61,065 nt of DNA, from the IMG/VR virus record IMGVR_UViG_3300048015_000019, positions 1-61,065 of that record; one strand, given 5' to 3'. This document shows positions 18,001 through 25,158 of this stretch, piece by piece. A program made the position numbers and the translations under genes. A model generated the notes under the pieces. The model searched no databases. It saw only the letters and a program-made list of their open reading frames with translations, and was not told where the DNA came from. Origin of the DNA: a virus. Each line of letters opens with the position of its first letter. The stretch's first letter is position 1.

Positions 18001-18852
18001 TACACGGTCAGCATTTCGCAGACCGTCGCCTCGACCCAGATCTTCCAGACCAACAGCGGCACCGTCACCGCGTTCACCGGATCGATTTCCGGCACCACAC
18101 TGACTGTGACCGCGGTCAAGCAGGGCGCCATCGTGACCGGTTTGGGCATTTACAGCGTGATCGCTGGCGTGCATTTGGCGTCCGGCGCGCAGGTGGCCAA
18201 GAACGCAATCTGCTCGGCCAAGGGGTGGAGCGCGAGCCAGCTTTCAATGACGAACTGGTGCGTCGATGGCTGTGCGGTCGATGGCGAGTCCGACCTGTTG
18301 CGGCTTAATTTCGGAACCTTCGTCCGATACGGCCGCTGGTGGAACCCTCTGACCACCGCGGCCGACAACCTCGGCCAATACTTGGGCGATTACCTTCAGC
18401 AGCGCGGCGCGGCCATCAAGGGCTTGGTAATTGGCATGGGCGAGGTCGAGGCGATCGTCCAGACGTTGACTTGGAACGACACAACCGATGGGTTTGGCTT
18501 CATCAACGGCTATGACCCGGTGGCCAAATATGAGCCACGCATGACGGCGCTGCTTCAGTATCTTCGGTCGCGCAACGGCAATGTGTCGCTGCCGATTTTC
18601 TTCATGAGGGTCGGCAAGGAGCAATACCCGGCAGTCACGGGTAGTTTCTTTCCATTTACAGCCATGCAGAACGCGCAGGCGGCGCTGGTGGCATCCAGCG
18701 CGCTGGCGCCTTGCTACATGGGCGCCTATGCGACCGGAGATCCGGGGGGCGCACCTGACGTGCCGCTGGACAGCAGCGGGCTGCAGTACACGGGTCTCGG
18801 CTACCAGGAAATGGGCACGCGGCTCGGTCCCGTTATTGCGGCCCACATCTGA
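15085..18852 (+). CDS. Large tail protein with a GTA-type TIM-barrel glycosidase-like domain and an SASA/SGNH-type O-acetylesterase domain
   Basis: FVGVDNYMPLAD, MVFTEYGAAKIDKTSNEPNVFP, LPYYSTGVKD and CAWCWDARPYPEFP resemble the RcGTA g15 GTA_TIM domain. The esterase motifs are FFWAGQSNAEKMF, LIWDQGETD and VDGIHLEG. Confidence 0.7.
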   Translation: MSRVAYGAESLAAIRRLTRGVCLIPGTGEFIYDTQIVTTNGYQSENHNRAGSPNSDMVNSIALLKSSLPNVKTVSLICSWFGNDLRASQALIRPGVDSVSKTSTPYSWQVADQIRSTAYAIQHDGSGSAYFGGTPSDLSIVRCAHYLNSQGYDVTLYPFIMNDIEAGNTLPDPYGSLTGQEAQPWRGMITTDVHRSQPGTTDRSATAAANVAAFFGTCAASQITCSVDVTTSAITYSSTATDFRYRRMIMHYAKLSAAINAVQPGTIKNFLVGSEMRELMSLTDASRTFIAVLAMQTLAQDIKAVLGSSVSVGYASDWSETTGFSDPNGSGFWFHLDPLFADGSIGFVGVDNYMPLADQRVGQTDLTHTVSALQADIEGGELWDFYYASQSDRDAGIKTPITNPIYRIKDIRNWWSTTHHDMPGGVPNSSPTAWVPQSKPMVFTEYGAAKIDKTSNEPNVFPAPLTGGGYQSGSLPYYSTGVKDLGAQTAFHTALIPYWTSPALNPNSTVYGGPMIDMTRACAWCWDARPYPEFPLLTSVWNDGPKFYVGHWLNDNVLYTPLPVPAQTWVFFWAGQSNAEKMFYAENDINGSPVAPGVNYFNAGIVTGVPIDGLSVNSVKAAVGGTALLEVMDYQQVNPDGSPGAYIGHWWNANGTPGQLALNMAAQAASTTGIVKMLIWDQGETDWNDVLPPGSYGSLPGGGYRSPNPKGMLGGGCAVAQYEAAFAAFISWCRSSACFNNPNLPVLISGIGQGRYPWTALLTSQLSGVTEPAENSYLFGIWAAQRNAINNIANVFQGDRRCRRDGDYGPEWAADYPLARVDGIHLEGPSYEAHGMALAAEALPIVMGTKTWSPNSYQITSAPNEIVFLGAFTGARMFADFAYYVTTMTRSGGVVTATVTPAHGFDSTYVGAPMSVSESELDASFDGAFTIASVPSTTTLTWAQAGANVTIVGVAAGTTISAFGTGTGGAGTYTVSISQTVASTQIFQTNSGTVTAFTGSISGTTLTVTAVKQGAIVTGLGIYSVIAGVHLASGAQVAKNAICSAKGWSASQLSMTNWCVDGCAVDGESDLLRLNFGTFVRYGRWWNPLTTAADNLGQYLGDYLQQRGAAIKGLVIGMGEVEAIVQTLTWNDTTDGFGFINGYDPVAKYEPRMTALLQYLRSRNGNVSLPIFFMRVGKEQYPAVTGSFFPFTAMQNAQAALVASSALAPCYMGAYATGDPGGAPDVPLDSSGLQYTGLGYQEMGTRLGPVIAAHI

Positions 18853-18863
18853 TCGGAATCACC

Positions 18864-19880
18864 ATGGTCACGCCCGTCACCTCTGGCACCGCAACGGCAC
18901 AGCCATCGATCTACCGGATTATCCGAACCGCGCTGCGCCGCATTCGTGCGATTGCCGAGGGTGAGACGCCGAGCATCGACATGATGACTGATGCGCTCGA
19001 CGCTGCGAACGACATGGTTAAATCCTGGCAGGCCATCCCGGGCGGCCTGCGCCTGTGGTCGGAAACGGAGGGCACCCTGTTCCTGAACGCCGGTCAGATC
19101 CAATACCAGATCGGGCTTGGGTCGCCCGATCCCGCGGCGCTGACCGGCACTGTGACCTATGGCGCGCTGGCAAGCCCGGCCGGTGGCGGTTCCTCGCTGG
19201 TGCCGTTGCTGTCGAGTGGTTCCATAGCGTCGGGCGATGCGATCGGCGTGCAGCTCGACAGCGGTGTGAATTTCTGGACCACGATCAACGGAGCGCCATC
19301 CAGCGGCGTGGTGAGGCTGGCACAGGCGTTGCCGTCGCAAGCGAGCGCCGGGCAGTTCGTTTACAGCTATCCGCAGTCCGGCGCGATCGTCCGGCCGCTG
19401 AAAGTGCCGGCGGCGCGGCGCTACCAGTATCTGAGCCAGGTCGATACTCCGGTCATCATGGAAGCGCGGCTCGACTATCAGAACATGCCGAACAAGCTCA
19501 ATCGGGGCTTGGTCACCCAGGCGTTCTATGACGCGCAGATCCGGCCGCCCGGCGCTGTCGCATTCGCGCCGATCGTCGGCCTGATGAATGTCTGGCCAGC
19601 ACCGGTGGACAATCAGTCTGCGCTGCGGTTCACCATGCAGCGGCCGTTGCAGGACTGGACCTCGCTTGTCCAGGTGCCGGACTTTCCCCAGGAATGGAAC
19701 CGCGCGTTGACATGGAATCTGGCCAAGGAGCTTGGCCCCGAGTTCGGTGCGTCTGGAACCCGGACATGGGACGACATTAAGGAGAATGCGGCCACATCGC
19801 TCGCATCGGTCTCGGCCATGGATCGTGAGCAGGAGAGCGTGTTCTTTGGCGTGGCCAACATGGGATTCGGTAGGCAGTAG
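18864..19880 (+). CDS. Head-to-tail adaptor, P22 gp4-like N-terminus
   Basis: IYRIIRTALRRIRAIAEGETPSIDMMTDALDAANDMVKSWQ parallels P22 gp4 DLVRAALRKLGVASD...MQDAVDDLEAMMAEWYQ. Confidence 0.6.
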   Translation: MVTPVTSGTATAQPSIYRIIRTALRRIRAIAEGETPSIDMMTDALDAANDMVKSWQAIPGGLRLWSETEGTLFLNAGQIQYQIGLGSPDPAALTGTVTYGALASPAGGGSSLVPLLSSGSIASGDAIGVQLDSGVNFWTTINGAPSSGVVRLAQALPSQASAGQFVYSYPQSGAIVRPLKVPAARRYQYLSQVDTPVIMEARLDYQNMPNKLNRGLVTQAFYDAQIRPPGAVAFAPIVGLMNVWPAPVDNQSALRFTMQRPLQDWTSLVQVPDFPQEWNRALTWNLAKELGPEFGASGTRTWDDIKENAATSLASVSAMDREQESVFFGVANMGFGRQ

Positions 19881-21515
19881 ATGGCCCTTCAACCGTTTCG
19901 ATACACCGAAGGGACGTATCAGTCGCATTCATCGGCGCTGGATGCCGAGCGGCTGGTGAACTTCTACCTCGAGCGATCGCCGCAGGGTGCGAAGTCGATG
20001 ATTCCCTTGTTCGGTGCCGCGGGCATCCGCAGCTTCGCCAATGTCGGTCCGGGCCCCATGCTGGGCTTCCACGTCATGAATGACGTGCTCTATGCCGTGT
20101 CCGGCCAAGGTCTCTACAGCATTGCTCCAGGCGGCGCGGCGACGGTTCTGGGCACCGTGAAGGTCGGCGGCATCGTCTCGATCGCCGACAACGGCACGCA
20201 GATGGTGTTGGTGGACGGCCAGACTGGCTGGATTTACCAGATCGGCGGACTGAACCAGTATCTCGCCAACCCGGTCGGAGCCGGTATCAACCTCATTCAG
20301 CTGGTCAACATCACCGGCGCCATCTCGCCGGGCGATCCGATCAACCTGACGCTCGACAACGGGCAGATCTTCAGCACCGTGGTGACGGGCGTGATCGGGA
20401 TCAACGTGTTCCTGCAGACGGCGGTTCCGGCTTACATCTCCGCCGGCGCGCGTGTGGTCGATACCGTCAATGTGGTCGGGCAGATTTCGCACAAAAGCTT
20501 TCAGCCATCTGGGTCCGTCATCTATTTCGACAACTATTTCATCTTCAACGCGGCGCGCACCGCTGGGTTTTTCCTGTCCGCGTTGGGCGATGGCACGACC
20601 TATAATGCGACCGATCGCGCGACGGCCGAAAGCAGCTCAAACTACGTGCTGGCGGTGGTGAATTTCCACGAGCAGCTCATGGTGTTCAAAGAGAAGAGCA
20701 TCGAGTTCTGGTATGATTCCGGAAACGCCAGCTTCCCCTTTTCCCGGACGGATGGCGCATTTGTTCAACGCGGCATGATCGGCCCGAATGCGCTGTGCCA
20801 GGAGGACAACACCGTCCTTTGGATCGGCGAGGACAAGATTTTCTACCGGTTGGACGGCATCCAGCCCACTCGGCTCAGCACTCACGGCGTCGAAACGGCG
20901 TGGCAGAATTACCAGACGATCAACGATGCGTTCTTGCTCGCGTTCACCCAGGAGGGCCACAAGATGGTGGCCATCACATTCCCATCCGCGCAGGCGACTT
21001 GGGTCTTTGATCTGGCCAGCCGCGAGTGGCATGAGCGCGAGTCCTGGGATTACCTGAACCGATCGCTCGGGCGCTGGCGAGTGAACTGCGTCATCGCGGC
21101 CTACGATCAGATCATTGTCGGCGATTGCGTGGACGGCAAGATTGGCACCCTGGACTTCAACACGTTTACCGAGTTCGGCAACACCATGCGCGGCATGATC
21201 GTCAGCGCGCCGATGCACCAGGGCCGGTCTCGGTTGTTCATGGATTGGCTTGAAATCGACGTGGATGCCGGTGTCGGCACGACGACGGGGCAGGGGGCTG
21301 ATCCTCAGATCATGCTTGACTGGTCTGACGACGGCGGCCATAGCTGGTCGCAGCTGCAGCGCTGGCGGTCGCTCGGTCGCAAGGGCGCCAACCGGCAGCG
21401 TGTGCGATGGGGGCGGCTCGGGTCTTTTCGGCAGCGCAGTCTGCGTCTGCAGATCACTGACCCGGTGCGGCGCAACATCGTGGGCTGCTACACCGACGTC
21501 GAGACGGAGGACTGA
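19881..21515 (+). CDS. Tail hub / packaged-DNA stabilisation protein, P22 gp10-like
   Basis: EKSIEFWYDSG, LDWSDDGGHSWS and RVRWGRLGSFRQRSLRLQI mirror P22 gp10 STIEYFSLTG, ATTDGINYG and VLWKRVGRIRRLIGFKLRV. Confidence 0.7.
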   Translation: MALQPFRYTEGTYQSHSSALDAERLVNFYLERSPQGAKSMIPLFGAAGIRSFANVGPGPMLGFHVMNDVLYAVSGQGLYSIAPGGAATVLGTVKVGGIVSIADNGTQMVLVDGQTGWIYQIGGLNQYLANPVGAGINLIQLVNITGAISPGDPINLTLDNGQIFSTVVTGVIGINVFLQTAVPAYISAGARVVDTVNVVGQISHKSFQPSGSVIYFDNYFIFNAARTAGFFLSALGDGTTYNATDRATAESSSNYVLAVVNFHEQLMVFKEKSIEFWYDSGNASFPFSRTDGAFVQRGMIGPNALCQEDNTVLWIGEDKIFYRLDGIQPTRLSTHGVETAWQNYQTINDAFLLAFTQEGHKMVAITFPSAQATWVFDLASREWHERESWDYLNRSLGRWRVNCVIAAYDQIIVGDCVDGKIGTLDFNTFTEFGNTMRGMIVSAPMHQGRSRLFMDWLEIDVDAGVGTTTGQGADPQIMLDWSDDGGHSWSQLQRWRSLGRKGANRQRVRWGRLGSFRQRSLRLQITDPVRRNIVGCYTDVETED

Positions 21516-22150
21516 TGGCCGGTCCCCTTCGCGCGCTTGGCGATCAACCATTCGTTCGCATGTCGGCCAGCGGGCAAGGCATCCTGAGCACGTATGGGCT
21601 GCAGGTGTTGCTGCGCCTATCTGACAGCATAAGCGGCCCGACCGGGGTGGCGACGCAGATCGGCGCCATCACCAACTCGACAGTGCTGCAGCAGATCAAC
21701 ATTGCCGGCGCCACGGCTCAGGCGACGCAGACCGCGGCAGCGCTGCAGGTGGCCACACAGGCCGCAATGGCACCCCCCGGCGGCGATCGGCAAGCACAGG
21801 CGATGCTGCAACAGCTACAGGGCGCGCTGGTGGCGCTGGGCGCACGGCCGGAGCGCAATCAGGACATCGTGACCCTGCACAACGGCGCGCGGCTGCTGGA
21901 CGGCTACGGGTCACCAGAAGGGCTGGTGCCGGGCTGCTTGGGTGACCTGTTCCTGCGCCGCGATGGTGCGGCCGGAACTGCGGGCTACCTCAAGACGACG
22001 GGCGCGCCGTTCTCGTCATCCGGTTGGGTGGCGATCGGCAGCGGCACCGTGTCGTCGCCTGGGTTGGTGCCGCTGGTCAATGGCGATCTGCCGGGGCCCG
22101 GCTTCGTCGTCACGCCCGATGGGCAATGTATCGGAGTGCCAGCGTCATGA
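21515..22150 (+). CDS. Putative tail needle/fibre protein
   Basis: Sits where P22 gp26 would be. Has a Q/A-rich helical middle. TGATG-coupled. Confidence 0.4.
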   Translation: MAGPLRALGDQPFVRMSASGQGILSTYGLQVLLRLSDSISGPTGVATQIGAITNSTVLQQINIAGATAQATQTAAALQVATQAAMAPPGGDRQAQAMLQQLQGALVALGARPERNQDIVTLHNGARLLDGYGSPEGLVPGCLGDLFLRRDGAAGTAGYLKTTGAPFSSSGWVAIGSGTVSSPGLVPLVNGDLPGPGFVVTPDGQCIGVPAS

Positions 22151-22935
22151 GCACGAGCTCGCTGCTGATCACCTATCTCGGGCAGGGAGTCGCGGCGTCT
22201 CGACCGTCTGCGCCGAGCATCGGCACCGGGGTGCTGGGCGTCTATTATGCGACCGATACCCATGCGTTGTCGCTGTGGAACGGCTCGTCCTACGACTCCT
22301 ATGCGCTTGGCGGCGCGGGAACCGGGACGGTCACATCAATCACGGCCGGCACGGGGCTGGCGGGTGGCACGATCATCGCGGCCGGCACAGTCAGCTTGGC
22401 CGGGATCGGTGTGGGCGACGTGCTTGCAAATACCGGCACCGCCACCGCGGCACCGACGGGCGTTACAGTCAGCGCGCTGCTTGATGCATCCCTGGGTGCG
22501 ACGCAGGGCGATATCGCCTATCGCGGCGCCAGTGGCTGGGTTGTGCTGTCACCGGGAACGGCCGGCCAGGCGCTGATCAGCGGCGGTGCTGCGGCAAACC
22601 CGGCATGGGGCACCGTCGGCGCCAACACGCCAACGACGATCATTTCGACGAGCACCACCTTGACGGCCGTTGCGCACAACAACCACATCGTCACCATGAA
22701 TGCCGGCGCGGCGATCACGCTGGCTTGGTCTGGGACAGGTGACGGGTTTTCGTGTCTCGTTGTGAACAACACCACGGCGGACATCGCGCCGACTCTGACC
22801 GGGTTCACCGGAACGACGATCACCAATCCAGGCACCTACACCCACATCAAGGCCGGCGGTATGGCGGCTCTGGTAGCCCTCACGCCGGACGGCGGCACGA
22901 CGACGGTGCTGCGCGCCTCGGGCGATCTGTCCTGA
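22147..22935 (+). CDS. Tail fibre protein (putative)
   Basis: ATGA-coupled. GTGTVTSITAGTGLAGGTI repeats typical of fibre shafts. Confidence 0.55.
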   Translation: MSTSSLLITYLGQGVAASRPSAPSIGTGVLGVYYATDTHALSLWNGSSYDSYALGGAGTGTVTSITAGTGLAGGTIIAAGTVSLAGIGVGDVLANTGTATAAPTGVTVSALLDASLGATQGDIAYRGASGWVVLSPGTAGQALISGGAAANPAWGTVGANTPTTIISTSTTLTAVAHNNHIVTMNAGAAITLAWSGTGDGFSCLVVNNTTADIAPTLTGFTGTTITNPGTYTHIKAGGMAALVALTPDGGTTTVLRASGDLS

Positions 22936-23618
22936 TGCTCGGCGCTGGAGTGGTCGCTTTTGCTGGAGTGGAGACCCGCCATGGTGGCGCGTTGGCATTC
23001 GTTCGGAATGCGCTCATTGGGCATGCAGTCTCGACGGCAGCTTTCGACATCACCGGACCGATCAACTGCACCTCGGGCAACCTGCTCGTCGTCACCATTG
23101 AGGCGAATACGTCCCAGAACTCGTTCAACCCGAACGTCGTGACGTTCAATGGGACATCGATGACGCTGTTGGCCCTGGCTACCGACAGCACCTATGAGAA
23201 CGTCTGGATCTATTATCTACAGAACCCGGCGCAAATGACTGCAAATGTTGAGGTCAAGGAAACATCTGGCTCGATCTATGCAAACCAGATATCTGTGACG
23301 GCCTACGTGATTTCTGGCGCCAATTCTTCGACGCCATTTCAAACGATAGCGTCCAACTTCGGATCGACAAGCGGTGCCAGCGCATCCGTCACCACGACCG
23401 GCGCGGTGCTCCTTGTCGGCGTATCCGGTGTAGCATTCCCGGCCGGGTCTTCGTCCTATTCGGCCGGGTTCACGCTCGATCAATCGTATATCGACACAAG
23501 TGCAGAGCATCTGTCGCTCAGCAAGTTGGTGTCTGCCAGCGCCACGACAGCCCTGGCGGTAACGCCGAACCCAACCTACGCGCATACCGTGGTGCTTCTG
23601 GCAGCGGTTCAAGGGTAG
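22935..23618 (+). CDS. Hypothetical tail-module protein
   Basis: TGATG-coupled. 227 aa. Confidence 0.5.
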   Translation: MLGAGVVAFAGVETRHGGALAFVRNALIGHAVSTAAFDITGPINCTSGNLLVVTIEANTSQNSFNPNVVTFNGTSMTLLALATDSTYENVWIYYLQNPAQMTANVEVKETSGSIYANQISVTAYVISGANSSTPFQTIASNFGSTSGASASVTTTGAVLLVGVSGVAFPAGSSSYSAGFTLDQSYIDTSAEHLSLSKLVSASATTALAVTPNPTYAHTVVLLAAVQG

Positions 23619-23628
23619 GGATTGCCGA

Positions 23629-23687
23629 TCAATCCTCGACGCCAGCCCTGATGATGCGCTAAAGTCGCCGCGATCGGCACAGGCACA
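23629..23687 (+). promoter_or_regulatory. Conserved late-operon element, copy A
   Basis: CAATCCTCGACGCC (23629-23642), then GCGCTA, then ATCGGCACAGGCACAC (23672-23687). The same blocks recur at 32518-32573. Confidence 0.55.
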
Positions 23688-23720
23688 CCGCCGGATCAGC
23701 CCCTTTGCAGGAGCGTCCCG

Positions 23721-24059
23721 GTGCCGGTTCAATCCAGTCAGATCGTCGAAGGCCAGTTTCTTGCCACCGGTGGCGCGGCGCTGTTTACCTCGCCAACCGG
23801 GGTCTACACGCGCCTCGACAAGGTGCTTGTCAGCAACACCGGAACGGCGTCGGCCACGGTCACGCTGAACGTGGTGCCGTCCGGCGGATCCGCTGGAACC
23901 TTGAACGCAACCACGAATGCGCAGGCCGTGCTGCCTGGCCAGTCGTGGAGCAGCCCGAACGAGGTCGGCTTGGTATTGAACCCGGGCGACATCCTTGTCG
24001 GCGCGGCTTCGGCGGTTTCGACGCTGGTGATCTTTGCGGCCGGGACGCAGATTTCGTGA
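23721..24059 (+). CDS. Hypothetical protein (first gene of the ejection-protein operon)
   Basis: GTG start after a GCAGGAG RBS. 112 aa. Confidence 0.55.
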   Translation: MPVQSSQIVEGQFLATGGAALFTSPTGVYTRLDKVLVSNTGTASATVTLNVVPSGGSAGTLNATTNAQAVLPGQSWSSPNEVGLVLNPGDILVGAASAVSTLVIFAAGTQIS

Positions 24060-24394
24060 ACCCGCGCGTGCTGCAGCCGCTGACCGCTGACCAGATCAGC
24101 CACCATTTTTCGTCCGGCGTCTATGCCAAGGAGATGCGGTTCGCGGCTGGAACCGCGGCCATCTCGCACCGGCACCAGTTTGATCACATGAGCATCCTGG
24201 TGTCCGGGCGAGTGGTGGTCACGACGCCGCAAGGGGTGACGGCGCTGGTTGGGCCATCTGTGATTACGATGCGCGCTGCAATGGAGCACCAGGTCGAGGC
24301 CATCACAGACGCGGTGTGGTTCTGCATCCATGCGACCGAGGAAACTGACGTGGCCAAGATTGATGCAGGCGCGATCATCGGGGAGGCAGTGTAA
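24056..24394 (+). CDS. Cupin-fold protein
   Basis: GTGA-coupled. GVYAKEMRFAAGTAAISHRHQFDHMSILVSGRVVV carries the HxH cupin motif. Confidence 0.55.
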   Translation: MNPRVLQPLTADQISHHFSSGVYAKEMRFAAGTAAISHRHQFDHMSILVSGRVVVTTPQGVTALVGPSVITMRAAMEHQVEAITDAVWFCIHATEETDVAKIDAGAIIGEAV

Positions 24395-25158
24395 TGCCGT
24401 TTGCTGGGGTGATCGGGAACGTCATCGGCGCCGGTGTATCGTTGATCAATGGCGACAAATCCGCCAGCGCCGCCAAGGCCGCCGCCGCCGCGCAAGCGGC
24501 CGCCGCGCAACGGTCGCTTGATTTTCAGCAGGGCGTTTACGGCGACACCAAGAGCAATCTCGCTTCCTACGAAGGCGTCGGCCAGAACGCGCTCTATTCG
24601 CTGTCGAGCCTTTACGGTTTGGGTGGCGCTCCGGCTGGTAGCGCGGCCGCCGGCAACCCGGCGACATCCGGAGGCAACGCGCTGTCGGCGTTCAACGCCT
24701 ATACCCAGACGCCGGCCTATCAGTTCGCGCTGCAGCAGGGCCAGCTTGGTCTGAACCGATCGCTGGCAGCGCAAGGTGTGCTGAACTCGGGCGCGGCGGC
24801 GAAGGACATCTCGGCCTATAACACCGGGTATGCTTCGCAGGGGTTCAACAACTACCTCAGCGGCTTGTCGTCGCTGGCCAACCTTGGTCAGAGCTCCTCG
24901 GTGTCGCAAGGCCAGTTGGGCAATCAGGCGGCCTATGGCGTCAACAACTCGCTGAACACGATGGGCACCGCGCAGGCGTCCGGGATCGTGGGGGCGCAGA
25001 ACGCGCAGAACTCCGGCCTAAGCAACGCGCTCGCATTTCTGGGGAACAACACCTCGTCCTATGGCGCCCCGAGCAGTGCGATGGGGCAGATCGGAAGCTG
25101 GCTGCAGGGGCAGTTTAGCGGTGGGGCGCCCGCAACTGGGTACGGAGGCGCGCCATGA
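24394..25158 (+). CDS. Internal virion / ejection protein (gp7-position)
   Basis: Gly/Ala/Ser/Gln/Asn-rich 254-aa protein in the P22 ejection-protein position. Confidence 0.5.
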   Translation: MPFAGVIGNVIGAGVSLINGDKSASAAKAAAAAQAAAAQRSLDFQQGVYGDTKSNLASYEGVGQNALYSLSSLYGLGGAPAGSAAAGNPATSGGNALSAFNAYTQTPAYQFALQQGQLGLNRSLAAQGVLNSGAAAKDISAYNTGYASQGFNNYLSGLSSLANLGQSSSVSQGQLGNQAAYGVNNSLNTMGTAQASGIVGAQNAQNSGLSNALAFLGNNTSSYGAPSSAMGQIGSWLQGQFSGGAPATGYGGAP

